Part shown: positions 1 to 10,314 of the stretch, in pieces
Layout of the letters: every line of letters starts with the position of its first letter
Numbering within the stretch: position 1 is the stretch's first letter
Assembly: GCA_001872625.1 (NCBI GenBank)
Contig: MNXP01000049.1
Span: 100,142-164,141, forward strand
Origin: Bacteroidetes bacterium CG2_30_33_31
GTDB lineage: Bacteria > Bacteroidota > Bacteroidia > Bacteroidales > UBA1556
Length of the DNA stretch: 64,000 nucleotides
Reading direction: 5' to 3'
The notes under the pieces: model-generated
The model's input: the letters and a program-made list of their open reading frames with translations, nothing else
Database searches by the model: none
Told to the model about the DNA's origin: nothing
Made by a program: the position numbers and the translations under genes

Positions 1-586
1 CTCTATCGAATTTTATCCCAAAAATAATTGGTTTAATTGTAAGATCTGAAATATTTGGTTCTTTATTTTTATGGAAATATTCAGCTATTTCAATAGCCCT
101 TAACAATCTTTCATTATCAATTATATCAGTAGTATTATGAAGTTTCGAAATAGATTTCAGATATTTAATAAGTTCATTATTATCATATTTTTCTAATTTA
201 TTTCGCAAATCAAAATCTATTGGAACAGTATTTAGCTGATAGTTATTCAAGATTGACTCAATGTACATTCCAGAGCCACCAGTCAGAATTGGTAATTTAT
301 TATTATTAATTATTTTGTAGAAAGCTTTTCGAAAATCCAATTTATATCGAAATACATTATATTCTGTTCCAGGTTCTACAATGTCTATAAGATGATAAGG
401 TACTGTTTTTGAATTGATTAAATACTCATTTAAGTCTTTTCCAGTTCCAATATTCATGCCTCTGTAAACTTGACGTGAATCGGCTGATATTATTTCTCCA
501 TCAATTTCATTAGCAATTTGAACGGCTAATTTAGTTTTGCCGGTAGCTGTAGTTCCAATTATGCATATCAATAAATTTTTATTCAT
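1..586 (-). CDS. miaA: tRNA dimethylallyltransferase (MiaA), N-terminal ~195 aa; 3' end runs off the window
   Basis: Not in the ORF track because no stop lies in the window. Reverse translation from the ATG at 586-584 gives MNKNLLICIIGTTATGKTKLAVQIANEIDGEIISADSRQVYRGMNIGTGKD... This is a P-loop GxTxxGKT followed by the SADSRQVYRGM-IGT motif typical of IPP transferases. Confidence 0.8.
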   Translation of the reverse strand, partial: MNKNLLICIIGTTATGKTKLAVQIANEIDGEIISADSRQVYRGMNIGTGKDLNEYLINSKTVPYHLIDIVEPGTEYNVFRYKLDFRKAFYKIINNNKLPILTGGSGMYIESILNNYQLNTVPIDFDLRNKLEKYDNNELIKYLKSISKLHNTTDIIDNERLLRAIEIAEYFHKNKEPNISDLTIKPIIFGIKFDR

Positions 587-699
587 ACATCAACTATTTT
601 CACCATCAATACTAAACTATTAATAGCATGTAATTAAATGAATGTAAAGCAATATAATTCAATAATTTACCTTAAAAATGAAAAAGAGGAACTCTTATT

Positions 700-3240
700 T
701 TAGCTTTCTTTATCAGCTTTTGGTTTTTTAGTTTTGAAAATAATCTTATTATTTTTTTCATCAAAATCAATCAAAATAACTGAACCGTTTTGATAAGTTG
801 CGCGAATAATTTCAGAGGCAAGTTCATCTTCGATATATCTCTGAATAGCCCTTTTTAATGGCCGAGCTCCAAATTGAGGATCCCATCCTTTTTCAACAAG
901 AAAATCTTTTGCTTTTTCTGTCAAACTAATGCTATATCCAAGAATTGCAACTCTTTTATATAAAGAATCTAATTCCAGGTCAATGATTTTATGAATGTCG
1001 TTACGTTCAAGAGAATTAAACATCACAATATCATCAATACGGTTTATAAATTCTGGAGCAAAAGCCTTTTTCAAGGCCTTTTCCACAATTCCTCTTGTAT
1101 CTTCATCCTTAGCAGCCATACGAGCACTTGTATTGAAACCAACACCAGTTCCAAAATCTTTCAGTTGTCTCGATCCTATATTTGAAGTCATAATGATGAT
1201 AGTATTTTTAAAATCAATTTTTCGACCATAGCTATCGGTTAACATACCATCGTCCAAAACTTGCAAGAGAAGATGGAAAACATCGGGGTGAGCTTTTTCT
1301 ATTTCGTCGAGGAGTATAACAGAATATGGTTTTCTGCGAACTTTTTCGCTAAGCTGACCACCTTCCTCGTAACCAACATATCCAGGAGGAGCTCCTACAA
1401 GTCGAGTAACGGCGAATTTTTCCATGTACTCGCTCATATCTACTCTAATGAGTGCATCTTCAGAATCGAAAAGATATCTGCTTAATATCTTAGCTAATAG
1501 TGTTTTCCCTACTCCAGTAGGACCAAGAAAAATAAAAGATCCAATGGGTTTATTAGGGTCTTTTAATCCAGCACGATTACGGCGTATGGCTTTGACAACT
1601 TTATTTACCGCCTCAGCTTGACCAATTATTGAACCTTCTAATTCTTCTTCCATATTTAGAAGTCTTGAACTTTCATTTTGTGCAATTCTTTGAACAGGAA
1701 CCCCAGTCATCATTGCAACAACTTCAGCAACATTTTCTTCATCAACAACTACTCTATTTATCATTGCCTCTTCTTCCCATTTCTGTTTTGCTATTACCAT
1801 AGAATCTTGGCACTGTTTTTCATTATCTCTATATTCAGCGGCTTTTTCATATTGTTGATTTTTTATTGCGAGCTGCTTTTCTTTTCGAGAATATTCAATT
1901 TTCTGTTCCAAATCAATTATATTCTGAGGAACATTAATATTTGTAATATGAACTCTTGCACCTGCTTCATCTAAAGCATCTATAGCTTTATCTGGCAAAT
2001 ATCTATCGCTGATGTACCTTTGAGTAAGTGAAACACAGGCTTTTATAGCTGTATCTGTATAAGTTACAAGATGATGATCTTCATATTTATCTTTAATATT
2101 TTGGAGTATTTGTTCAGTTTCTTCTGGTGAAGTTGGCTCAACAATAATTTTCTGAAATCGTCTTTCCAGAGCTCCATCTTTTTCAATATTTTGGCGATAT
2201 TCGTCTAATGTTGTAGCTCCAATACATTGAATTTCACCTCTTGCTAATGCTGGTTTAAACATATTTGATGCATCTAATGATCCTGTTGCACCTCCTGCAC
2301 CAACCAAAGTATGAATTTCATCGATAAAAATTATTACATCAGGATTTTTTTCCAATTCATTAAGGAGAGCTTTCACTCTTTCTTCAAATTGACCACGATA
2401 TTTTGTGCCAGCAACAAGTGAAGCCACATCTAAAGTTACTATTCTTTTATTAAACAATGTACGAGAAACTCTTCTTTGTATAATTCTTAGCGCAAGCCCC
2501 TCAGCTATTGCAGATTTGCCCACTCCAGGTTCACCTATTAATATAGGATTATTTTTTTTTCTCCTGCTTAATATTTGGGCAATTCGTTCCAATTCTCTTT
2601 CACGCCCAACAACGGGGTCCAGTCTATCTTCTTCTGCCAATTTTGTTAAATCTCTACCAAAATTATCAAGTACGGGAGTTTTGGATTTTCCATCGGAAGG
2701 ACGAATTGGTTTGCCTGCAAAAGGTCTTCCAGTAGGATTATCACCATATTCAGATTCTTCGTGTGGAATTTCGCTTGTAAGGGGTTCATCATTTTTAAAA
2801 ATATTTGTCTTTAAAATTGATTTAATATCACTACTAATCATTTGATAATCAACTCCATATTGTTCAAATATTCGGGTTACAAGATTGTCTTCATCTCTAA
2901 GAATTGCCAAAAGCAAATGTTCGGAGTTAATTTCGTCAGCTTTATAAATTTTTGCTTCGAGATAAGTTCTTTTTAAACATTTTTCTGCTTGTTTCACAAA
3001 AGGTAAATTTGCAGTTTCATTAATTTTGTTGCCAGTCATAATTGCGGATTCCACTTTTCTTTTAAGCTCTTTTGGATTTATAGAATAGTAGTTTATTATT
3101 TTTAATGCTGAGCCGCTTCCTTCTCTTAAAATGCCAAGGATAAAATGTTCAATACCAATAGTGTCATTGCCTAATCTTACAGCTTCTTCACGGCTGAAAG
3201 TTAATATATCTTTTAATTTTTCTGAAAACTTTGCTTCCAT
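700..3240 (-). CDS. clpC: ATP-dependent Clp protease ATP-binding subunit ClpC (class I AAA+ chaperone)
   Basis: 846-aa ORF with N-terminal Clp_N repeats. Two Walker A loops (GEPGVGKSAI and GPTGVGKTLLAK). A UVR-like motif (QYEKAAEYRDNEKQ) lies between the AAA modules. Confidence 0.9.
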   Translation of the reverse strand: MEAKFSEKLKDILTFSREEAVRLGNDTIGIEHFILGILREGSGSALKIINYYSINPKELKRKVESAIMTGNKINETANLPFVKQAEKCLKRTYLEAKIYKADEINSEHLLLAILRDEDNLVTRIFEQYGVDYQMISSDIKSILKTNIFKNDEPLTSEIPHEESEYGDNPTGRPFAGKPIRPSDGKSKTPVLDNFGRDLTKLAEEDRLDPVVGRERELERIAQILSRRKKNNPILIGEPGVGKSAIAEGLALRIIQRRVSRTLFNKRIVTLDVASLVAGTKYRGQFEERVKALLNELEKNPDVIIFIDEIHTLVGAGGATGSLDASNMFKPALARGEIQCIGATTLDEYRQNIEKDGALERRFQKIIVEPTSPEETEQILQNIKDKYEDHHLVTYTDTAIKACVSLTQRYISDRYLPDKAIDALDEAGARVHITNINVPQNIIDLEQKIEYSRKEKQLAIKNQQYEKAAEYRDNEKQCQDSMVIAKQKWEEEAMINRVVVDEENVAEVVAMMTGVPVQRIAQNESSRLLNMEEELEGSIIGQAEAVNKVVKAIRRNRAGLKDPNKPIGSFIFLGPTGVGKTLLAKILSRYLFDSEDALIRVDMSEYMEKFAVTRLVGAPPGYVGYEEGGQLSEKVRRKPYSVILLDEIEKAHPDVFHLLLQVLDDGMLTDSYGRKIDFKNTIIIMTSNIGSRQLKDFGTGVGFNTSARMAAKDEDTRGIVEKALKKAFAPEFINRIDDIVMFNSLERNDIHKIIDLELDSLYKRVAILGYSISLTEKAKDFLVEKGWDPQFGARPLKRAIQRYIEDELASEIIRATYQNGSVILIDFDEKNNKIIFKTKKPKADKES

Positions 3241-3264
3241 AATTTTTCTTTAATAAATATTATG

Positions 3265-3272
3265 CAAAAATA
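3265..3272 (-). promoter_or_regulatory. Candidate Bacteroidota -7 promoter box (TATTTTTG = TAnnTTTG) for clpC
   Basis: Exact TAnnTTTG match on the minus strand, 25 nt upstream of the clpC ATG (3240). Confidence 0.35.
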
Positions 3273-3573
3273 CCATTTTTACACTTTGGAAATTCTATCA
3301 ATTTCATAATATAAATATAGAATTTACGATTAATCAATTTAATCCATGTTTAATCAAAAATACTTATTTTTATAGAAATTAAGTTTTATGTTAATCGATT
3401 TTATCAACAAAAAAATGTTAGTAATATGATATAAGAATAGCCATCAAAGCTAAGGATTTTTTATCTAAATTCGTAACCTTGCTTTTAAGAAGCATAAGGA
3501 GATTCAATAGACTATAAACCAATAATTTATACATAATTTTATTTGTTGGTTTTATTAAATTATTTATAATAAT

Positions 3574-6180
3574 ATGAACGAAGAAAAGGAAAACATTCTT
3601 GATGATGGAGATGGCGAAGATAATTCGCGAATAATCAATGTAAATATTGACAATCAAATGAAATCGGCATATATCGATTATGCCATGTCGGTGATTGTTT
3701 CGCGTGCTTTGCCAGATGTAAGAGATGGCTTTAAACCAGTGCATAGAAGGGTTTTATATGGAATGCTTGATTTAGGAGTTTATTCAAATAAGGCATACAA
3801 AAAGTCTGCAAGAATTGTAGGAGAAGTTTTAGGAAAGTATCATCCTCATGGTGACTCATCTGTATATGATGCCATGGTTCGTATGGCACAAGAGTGGTCA
3901 TTGCGTTATCCTCTTGTTGATGGACAAGGTAACTTTGGTTCTATCGACGGTGATAGTCCAGCTGCAATGCGTTATACGGAGGCACGTTTGAAAAAAATTG
4001 CCGAAGAAATGCTTAATGATATTGACAAAGATACAGTTGATTTTCAGCTTAACTTTGATGATTCATTAAAAGAACCAACAGTACTTCCGACTAAAATTCC
4101 CAACTTACTTATAAATGGTGCATCTGGAATTGCCGTAGGTATGGCAACAAACATGGCTCCACATAATTTATCGGAAGTTATTGATGGCTGTATCGCTTAT
4201 ATTAATAATAACGATATAGAAATAAGTGAGTTAATAAAATATATTAAGGCTCCTGATTTTCCAACAGGCGCAATTATTTACGGCTATGATGGAGTGAGAG
4301 AAGCCTTTGAAACTGGTAGAGGTAGAGTAGTAATGCGTGGTGAAACAACTTTCGAAGAAGGCGTTAACGGATCCCGCGATAAAATTATCGTAACCTCAAT
4401 TCCTTATCAAGTTAATAAATCCGAACTCATTAAAAGAACAGCCGACCTAGTAAATGAAAAAAAGATTGAAGGAATTGCTGATATTCGTGATGAATCTGAT
4501 AGAAACGGCATAAGAATAGTTTATGAGCTAAAAAGAGAATCTGTAAGCAATGTAGTTTTAAATAAACTTTATCAATTCACACAACTTCAAACATCTTTTA
4601 GCATAAATAATATTGCCTTGGTTAATGGCAAACCTAAGCTATTAAATGTTAAGGAGTTGATAAAATACTTTATAGAACATCGCCATGAAGTAATCACTCG
4701 AAGAACTCAATTTGAATTAAGTGAGGCTGAAAAAAGAGCTCATATTTTAGAGGGATTAATTATTGCAAGCGATAATATTGATGAAGTTATTGCTATAATT
4801 AGAGCCTCACAATCACCTGATGAAGCCAGAGAAAAACTTATAATAAGATTTAATCTATCTGATATACAGGCACGTGCAATAGTTGAAATGCGTTTGCGTC
4901 AACTTACTGGACTTGAGCAAGACAAATTAAGATCTGAGTATGCTGAGATTGAAAAACTTATTGAGCATCTAAAAGCAATATTGGCAGATGTTAATCTCAG
5001 AATGGAAATTATTGCCAATGAATTAATTGAAATTAAAGCAAAATATGGTGATGAAAGAAGAAGTACCATAGAGTTTGCTGCCGCTGATTTTAAAGTAGAA
5101 GATACCATTCCTGATGATGATGTTGTCATTTCAATTTCACACCTTGGATATATTAAAAGAACAAATCTTTCAGAATATAGAACTCAAAATCGTGGAGGAA
5201 GAGGAGCAAGAGGTTCTTCAACAAGAAATGAAGATTTTATAGAAAATATTTTTGTTGCTACCAACCATAATTATATGTTGTTTTTTACAGAATTTGGAAA
5301 AGTTTATTGGCTTAGAGTTTTTGAAATACCCGAAGGTAATAAAACCAGCAAGGGAAGAGCTATCCAAAATATGATTGATATAGACCCAAATGATAAAGTA
5401 AGAGCTTTCATTCCAGTACAAAATTTGAAAGATGAACAATATGTAAATAATAATTATGTTGTGCTCTGTACAAAAAACGGTATCATTAAGAAAACAACTT
5501 TAGAAGCTTATTCTCGTCCTCGGCAGAATGGAATAAATGCAATAACAGTGCGCGAAGGGGACCAACTTTTAGAAGCAAGATTGACTAATGGCGAAAATAA
5601 CATTATGATTGCACTGAAATCTGGAAGAGCTATTAGATTTCCTGAGGAGAAAGTTAGACCGATGGGTAGAAATGCTTCTGGAGTAAAAGGCATTACTTTA
5701 ATAAAAGATAATGATGAAGTAATTGGGATGATTACTGTCAAAAATGATGAATCAACAATACTTGTAGTTTCAGAAAAGGGCTATGGAAAACGCTCATCTG
5801 TTGAGGATTACAGAATAACAAATAGGGGAGGGAAAGGCGTAAAAACTATAAATATTACCGATAAAACAGGAAAACTGATTGCTATAAAAGACGTTAACGA
5901 AGATAATGACTTAATGATAATGAATAAATCGGGAATTACTATTAGAATGTCTGTTTCGGAAATGAGAATCATGGGAAGAGCAACTCAAGGAACTCGACTT
6001 ATTCGACTTCAGGAAACTGATGAAATAGCGGCAGTAGCCAAAGTAATTTCTTTTGTAGAAGAAATAGTAGAAGAAATAATATCAGATGATATTAACAATA
6101 TAATTGATGAAAGTACTGAAGTAGAAGATATTAAAGATCAAAATATTGAAGATGTGGATATTCCAAACGATGATAATTAA
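3574..6180 (+). CDS. gyrA: DNA gyrase subunit A
   Basis: 868-aa ORF. Catalytic Tyr context is [10 protein letters not shown]. The QRDR reads [17 protein letters not shown], with Ser (3856-3858) and Asp at the E. coli 83/87-equivalent positions, i.e. a wild-type quinolone-target genotype. C-terminal beta-pinwheel repeats and an acidic tail ([11 protein letters not shown]...DIPNDDN). Confidence 0.95.
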   Translation: MNEEKENILDDGDGEDNSRIINVNIDNQMKSAYIDYAMSVIVSRALPDVRDGFKPVHRRVLYGMLDLGVYSNKAYKKSARIVGEVLGKYHPHGDSSVYDAMVRMAQEWSLRYPLVDGQGNFGSIDGDSPAAMRYTEARLKKIAEEMLNDIDKDTVDFQLNFDDSLKEPTVLPTKIPNLLINGASGIAVGMATNMAPHNLSEVIDGCIAYINNNDIEISELIKYIKAPDFPTGAIIYGYDGVREAFETGRGRVVMRGETTFEEGVNGSRDKIIVTSIPYQVNKSELIKRTADLVNEKKIEGIADIRDESDRNGIRIVYELKRESVSNVVLNKLYQFTQLQTSFSINNIALVNGKPKLLNVKELIKYFIEHRHEVITRRTQFELSEAEKRAHILEGLIIASDNIDEVIAIIRASQSPDEAREKLIIRFNLSDIQARAIVEMRLRQLTGLEQDKLRSEYAEIEKLIEHLKAILADVNLRMEIIANELIEIKAKYGDERRSTIEFAAADFKVEDTIPDDDVVISISHLGYIKRTNLSEYRTQNRGGRGARGSSTRNEDFIENIFVATNHNYMLFFTEFGKVYWLRVFEIPEGNKTSKGRAIQNMIDIDPNDKVRAFIPVQNLKDEQYVNNNYVVLCTKNGIIKKTTLEAYSRPRQNGINAITVREGDQLLEARLTNGENNIMIALKSGRAIRFPEEKVRPMGRNASGVKGITLIKDNDEVIGMITVKNDESTILVVSEKGYGKRSSVEDYRITNRGGKGVKTINITDKTGKLIAIKDVNEDNDLMIMNKSGITIRMSVSEMRIMGRATQGTRLIRLQETDEIAAVAKVISFVEEIVEEIISDDINNIIDESTEVEDIKDQNIEDVDIPNDDN

Positions 6181-6230
6181 TTTTTGGCAAATTTATTGAT
6201 TATTTAAACAAATATTTAAAATTACAAATT

Positions 6231-7604
6231 ATGAAAAGAATTTTGATTTCAATAGTAGTAATGGGATTGGTTCATGTGGCATTTGCACAGAATAATGTTG
6301 TCCTTTCTGCTTATAACTATTACAAAGAACAATCACCCGAAAAAGCTAAAGAGTTTATTGATAAGGCAATACAAAATGAAGAATCTGCCTCAGAAGCAAA
6401 AACTTGGTTTTACCGGGGGAATATTTATCTGCAGGTAAACTCTGTAGCTCACATGACAGATGGACTTGTAAAAGGTATTACGGCCGAGAATATAAAACAA
6501 AGACTTGGTGAGCCAGTTTCAATGAGAAATTATAATAAGCTAGAAAATGGTGAAAAATGGATTTATAGTTTTGGTCTAATAGTTTATTTGTCCAATAGTA
6601 TTATGGACTCGTATGAATATCCTAATGAAGCCTTGTACAGAAGCTTAGACAATGGAAATACACTTGATGTGGCTTATGAATCCTATCAAAAATCAATAGC
6701 AATTGATCCCAAATTTGTAAACGTTCAAATCTCCCCAATGAATGCTTTAACAGGTTTAGAAGCTGTTTCTGGTTCTTATTATAATAGTGGAATAAATGCA
6801 TATTCGGCTAAACATTTTGCAGAAGCACAGAAGAATTTGGAATCTGCTTTAAAAACTTCAGAAGCTCTTGGTAAACAAGATGCTGAATTAAATTATTATA
6901 CTGGTATTGCAGCAATGTCAGCTGGTGATACTACAAAATCAATTCAATATTACGAAAAATCAACATCTCTTGGTTATAAAGATAAACTGCTGTATTACAA
7001 TTTAGTAAATATATATCTCAATAAAAATATGATAAAAGAAGCTAAGGTTGCCATCCGAAAAGGTAGGGAAATTAATCCAGCAGATCAGGATTTATTGATT
7101 ATGGAAGCCAATATTTACTTAAAAACTGGCGAAGCTAAAGAAGCTGAACAGATTTTGTTGAAAGCAATAGAAAATGATCCAACTAACGCAAATCTCTATT
7201 ATGTTATAGGAGCAAATTATGATAATATTTTAAATGATACAGTTTCATCAAAAACTAAGAAAGATAATGCTTTTTTGCAAGCTCAACAGTCTTATGTAAA
7301 AGCAATTGAGCTGAATAAGGACTATTTTGATGCTAACTTTAATATGGGTGTTTTGCTAAATAATAAAGCCGCAGAGATACTTGTTTTGGCAGCTAATTTA
7401 CCTCTCGCTGAAGATAAAAAATATGAAGAGATGAAAAATGAAGCCATAGAATATTTGAAAAAAGCTCAACCGTTCCTTGAAAGAGCTTTAGAATTACAAC
7501 CTAATGATAAAGATTGTTTGGTATTGCTAAAACAAATTTATTTGAAAACTAATAATACCGAGAAGTTTAAATTTATTAGTGATTTATTGAAAGAAAATAA
7601 ATAA
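6231..7604 (+). CDS. Secreted tetratricopeptide-repeat protein with a BamE/SmpA_OmlA-like insert
   Basis: 457-aa ORF with signal peptide MKRILISIVVMGLVHVAFAQ. Multiple TPR-like helical pairs (AxxYYxKAIxxDP patterns). Residues ~76-128 (GITAENIKQRLGEPVSMRNY...EKWIYSFG) resemble a BamE-like lipoprotein fold. Confidence 0.6.
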   Translation: MKRILISIVVMGLVHVAFAQNNVVLSAYNYYKEQSPEKAKEFIDKAIQNEESASEAKTWFYRGNIYLQVNSVAHMTDGLVKGITAENIKQRLGEPVSMRNYNKLENGEKWIYSFGLIVYLSNSIMDSYEYPNEALYRSLDNGNTLDVAYESYQKSIAIDPKFVNVQISPMNALTGLEAVSGSYYNSGINAYSAKHFAEAQKNLESALKTSEALGKQDAELNYYTGIAAMSAGDTTKSIQYYEKSTSLGYKDKLLYYNLVNIYLNKNMIKEAKVAIRKGREINPADQDLLIMEANIYLKTGEAKEAEQILLKAIENDPTNANLYYVIGANYDNILNDTVSSKTKKDNAFLQAQQSYVKAIELNKDYFDANFNMGVLLNNKAAEILVLAANLPLAEDKKYEEMKNEAIEYLKKAQPFLERALELQPNDKDCLVLLKQIYLKTNNTEKFKFISDLLKENK

Positions 7605-7620
7605 TTCTTTCACTAATAAT

Positions 7621-7656
7621 AAAAGCCGTTTCTTAAATAATTGAGAAACGGCTTTT
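7621..7656 (+). terminator. Rho-independent terminator (potentially bidirectional) after the TPR gene
   Basis: Perfect 13-bp stem AAAAGCCGTTTCT (7621-7633) / AGAAACGGCTTTT (7644-7656) with a 10-nt loop. The A-run on the 5' arm and the T-run on the 3' arm make it usable from either strand. It starts 17 nt after the stop codon. Confidence 0.8.
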
Positions 7657-7852
7657 ATAATTATATGCGTTTTACAACACTTTGATTTACTGTTTGTTTT
7701 TTTTACTCCTATTCAATTTCAATCAATTTTTAAAGTCTTATAATTAATATTATGTTAAATAGAAATATTGACTTCTATTCTCTAATCGTTCTTTATAAAT
7801 CAAAATAAAAAATCAAGTAGATTTTGCACAATGCAAATACTGATAAGAAGAT

Positions 7853-8569
7853 TTATGAGAATAGACTAACTTCTATAATCCTACCATTAAAAAGTTTAGC
7901 CGAATTAACAGAAAAATCTGCAATATATTTTCCCATTTGCAGAGCAGAAATCTCAGCAGAATTTTTTGGAAATGCTTTCTTAAACATTTCGGTCATAACA
8001 GATCCTGGATTAATAGAATTCACGTGGATATTATCATCCAAAAATTCGACAGCCAAAGACTCTGTAATGCTATTTATTGCACTCTTTGACGCAGAATAAA
8101 TTGATAATCCACTAAATTTAGCAGCGCCCTGAATTCCACCCATTGAGCCAATATTAACAATGTGACTTCCGATATCTTTAGATTTTTCAAAATATGGATA
8201 CAATGATTTTATTAATCGCAAATTTGAAAAAAAATTCAAATCAAATTGTTTTGCCCAATCTTCTTCTGTCTGATTTAAGAAAGTTCTATTTGTTAGAATC
8301 CCAGCATTATTTATCAGTATATTAATCTTATTATTTGTTGAAAAGGAATTGATATTTTCAATTATCTGATTAACAATTAATTCAAAACTTTTATTTTCAA
8401 GATCGAATTGAATAATATTTATATTTTTTGGAGATAATTTTTTTAATTCAAGTAATTTATCCCTATTTCTAGCTATTGCTATCACAAAAATTTCTTCATT
8501 CTGAGCCAATGCTAAAGCAGTTTGAAATCCTATTCCACTGCTTGCGCCTGTTACGATTGCATTAATCAT
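7853..8569 (-). CDS. Short-chain dehydrogenase/reductase (candidate sepiapterin-reductase-like pterin reductase by context)
   Basis: 238-aa ORF with the TGASSGIG dinucleotide motif, NNAG and the catalytic YSASK. It overlaps the 3' end of the hydroxylase gene by 8 nt. Confidence 0.75.
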   Translation of the reverse strand: MINAIVTGASSGIGFQTALALAQNEEIFVIAIARNRDKLLELKKLSPKNINIIQFDLENKSFELIVNQIIENINSFSTNNKINILINNAGILTNRTFLNQTEEDWAKQFDLNFFSNLRLIKSLYPYFEKSKDIGSHIVNIGSMGGIQGAAKFSGLSIYSASKSAINSITESLAVEFLDDNIHVNSINPGSVMTEMFKKAFPKNSAEISALQMGKYIADFSVNSAKLFNGRIIEVSLFS

Positions 8570-10295
8570 AAAGATTTATTAATTTTAATCCATTAATAAT
8601 TAATTGATAATCTACTACTTTATGTTTAATTTTATTAATTAATCCGTCCAAAATTTCAGTTTTAAAAAGACTATTTTCGATATTAAGCTCAAGCAACTCC
8701 AGACTTAATAACCAATCTTGTGGATAATTAATTTTTAATTGATTAAACACCTTCCCTATTGAAAAATTTGTACTCCTCCCCTCTCTAAAATCTCTAACAG
8801 ACTGATATAGTGTTTGTAAAGGGTAATCTACAGATGAAATTCTATTTGTTAATGTTGGAGAAACATATAATTCAACATTAAGCTCAACTTTATCTGCAGA
8901 GCCAGCAAATACTGAGCAAATTCTATCACCAACAGCCAAGTCAAAATTTCCCCATTCAGGTTTAAAAAGAATTTTTTTATTTAAATTGACATTACAATCT
9001 TCAAATGAAAGTAGAAGAATTTTTCCGAACTTATTTAATCTTATAAGCGAAAGCTTACCATTTAAAACAATGCCACTTTTAAATTTCAGTTCGCAATATT
9101 TTCCAATAATTAAACCTTTAGCATCTAATTCTTCGATAGAATAATTTTCCAATGATTTTTCAAATCCAAAAAGCTTTCCAACTGGAGTGCTAAATCCATC
9201 GCCATGTTTATCAATCCCATGTCCAATCAATAATTGTTCGCGCTCACATAAAATACTTCTACCACTGGTTTTAAACCACGCCACTTCACCATCAGCATCC
9301 TTTATAAAATCTGTAAAAATTCCGCTAATTTGAATGCCAGAAGTCAACTCAACGGTTGCCAAACTCTCTGACTCAATGGCTTTTATAAGTCCATCAGTTC
9401 CACCTTTTCTTAAAGCCATACTATTAGCAAATTCATTTAAAACCACAGTTAAATAGTTAAAATCTGGCGTTATAAATAGTTGAGGTTGTTGCGAAGTAAT
9501 ATCAAATGCAAAATCAGCAGCTTTAATAGAATAAGGAATTTTTTTAACTGATTTATTTAGACAATTTTTACTTTCGCTCAAACTCGACAAAAGTCCAGCA
9601 CCATAAATTTTAGGGTTTCCTATTTCTCCAATTAAGCCATATTCAACTGTCCACCAATGCAAGTTGCGGATTTTTGCCATTTCTGACATTTCACCCATAT
9701 CCTTTTGAATTTCAATCACTTTACTATTTGCCTCTTCCACTTCTTGTAAAGAAGAATTTGGATTTTCTTTTAAAATTGATAAAAACCTGATTGCCTCATA
9801 CAAATCGTTATCACGTTTTGACGAAATTGCCTTGCAGCCGATTTCACCAAAAAGACGTAAGTATTCTGCATATTCTGCATTAGCAATTATTGGTGCATGA
9901 CCAGCAGCTTCATGAACAATATCTGGTGCTGGAGTATATTCAATGTGGTTGATAAAGCGAATATCAGCTGCAATTACCAAGACTTTATAGGCTTGAAATT
10001 CCATGAAGGCAGAGGGTGGAATAAAACCATCAACACAAACTGCTCCCCATCCAATTTTGGCTAATATTTCATTCATCTCCAAAATATTAGGAATACTTTC
10101 TATATTAATTCCTGTTTTTTTCAGCCCTTCAAGATAAGAATGATGAGCATGAATTGAATGAAATTTATAGCTTTGGCGAAGTATATAACGCCAAACGGCA
10201 TGATCTATTGAAGTATATTCCGCGTAATTCTGATTAACAATATATTTCAATAAATGCTTTGGTAGATTGCGTACACAGCTATTATTCATTATCAT
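8562..10295 (-). CDS. Pterin-dependent aromatic amino acid hydroxylase (phenylalanine-4-hydroxylase-like) with an unassigned ~280-aa C-terminal extension
   Basis: 577-aa ORF. Iron ligands sit in the canonical context: PDIVHEAAGHAP (H-x4-H) and LHWWTVEYGL (Glu). The catalytic domain covers about residues 1-300. Residues ~300-577 match nothing I recognise. Confidence 0.8.
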   Translation of the reverse strand: MIMNNSCVRNLPKHLLKYIVNQNYAEYTSIDHAVWRYILRQSYKFHSIHAHHSYLEGLKKTGINIESIPNILEMNEILAKIGWGAVCVDGFIPPSAFMEFQAYKVLVIAADIRFINHIEYTPAPDIVHEAAGHAPIIANAEYAEYLRLFGEIGCKAISSKRDNDLYEAIRFLSILKENPNSSLQEVEEANSKVIEIQKDMGEMSEMAKIRNLHWWTVEYGLIGEIGNPKIYGAGLLSSLSESKNCLNKSVKKIPYSIKAADFAFDITSQQPQLFITPDFNYLTVVLNEFANSMALRKGGTDGLIKAIESESLATVELTSGIQISGIFTDFIKDADGEVAWFKTSGRSILCEREQLLIGHGIDKHGDGFSTPVGKLFGFEKSLENYSIEELDAKGLIIGKYCELKFKSGIVLNGKLSLIRLNKFGKILLLSFEDCNVNLNKKILFKPEWGNFDLAVGDRICSVFAGSADKVELNVELYVSPTLTNRISSVDYPLQTLYQSVRDFREGRSTNFSIGKVFNQLKINYPQDWLLSLELLELNIENSLFKTEILDGLINKIKHKVVDYQLIINGLKLINLYD

Positions 10296-10314
10296 GTCAT
10301 GAAATTTTTAAATT

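Noticed and set aside
684-696. Hairpin AAGAG-N3-CTCTT plus U-run just after the clpC stop as a terminator
   Set aside because: The stem is only 5 bp with two G:C pairs, too weak to call from sequence alone.
991-2845. Six plus-strand ORFs of 64-146 aa (991-1185, 995-1231, 1261-1485, 1424-1621, 1678-1974, 2405-2845) inside clpC
   Set aside because: All are antisense to a very well supported 846-aa ClpC gene. Their products are low-complexity with no motifs, typical shadow ORFs of AT-rich DNA.
3401-3409. DnaA-box-like TTATCAACA next to gyrA as a sign of oriC
   Set aside because: It is a single one-mismatch box with no cluster of boxes, no adjacent dnaA or dnaN and no AT-rich unwinding element distinct from the background. 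It is kept only as part of the intergenic motif finding.
3418-3744. 108-aa minus-strand ORF spanning the gyrA start region
   Set aside because: It overlaps the gyrA N-terminus antisense and runs through the promoter region. The sequence is hydrophobic and low-complexity with no recognisable motif.
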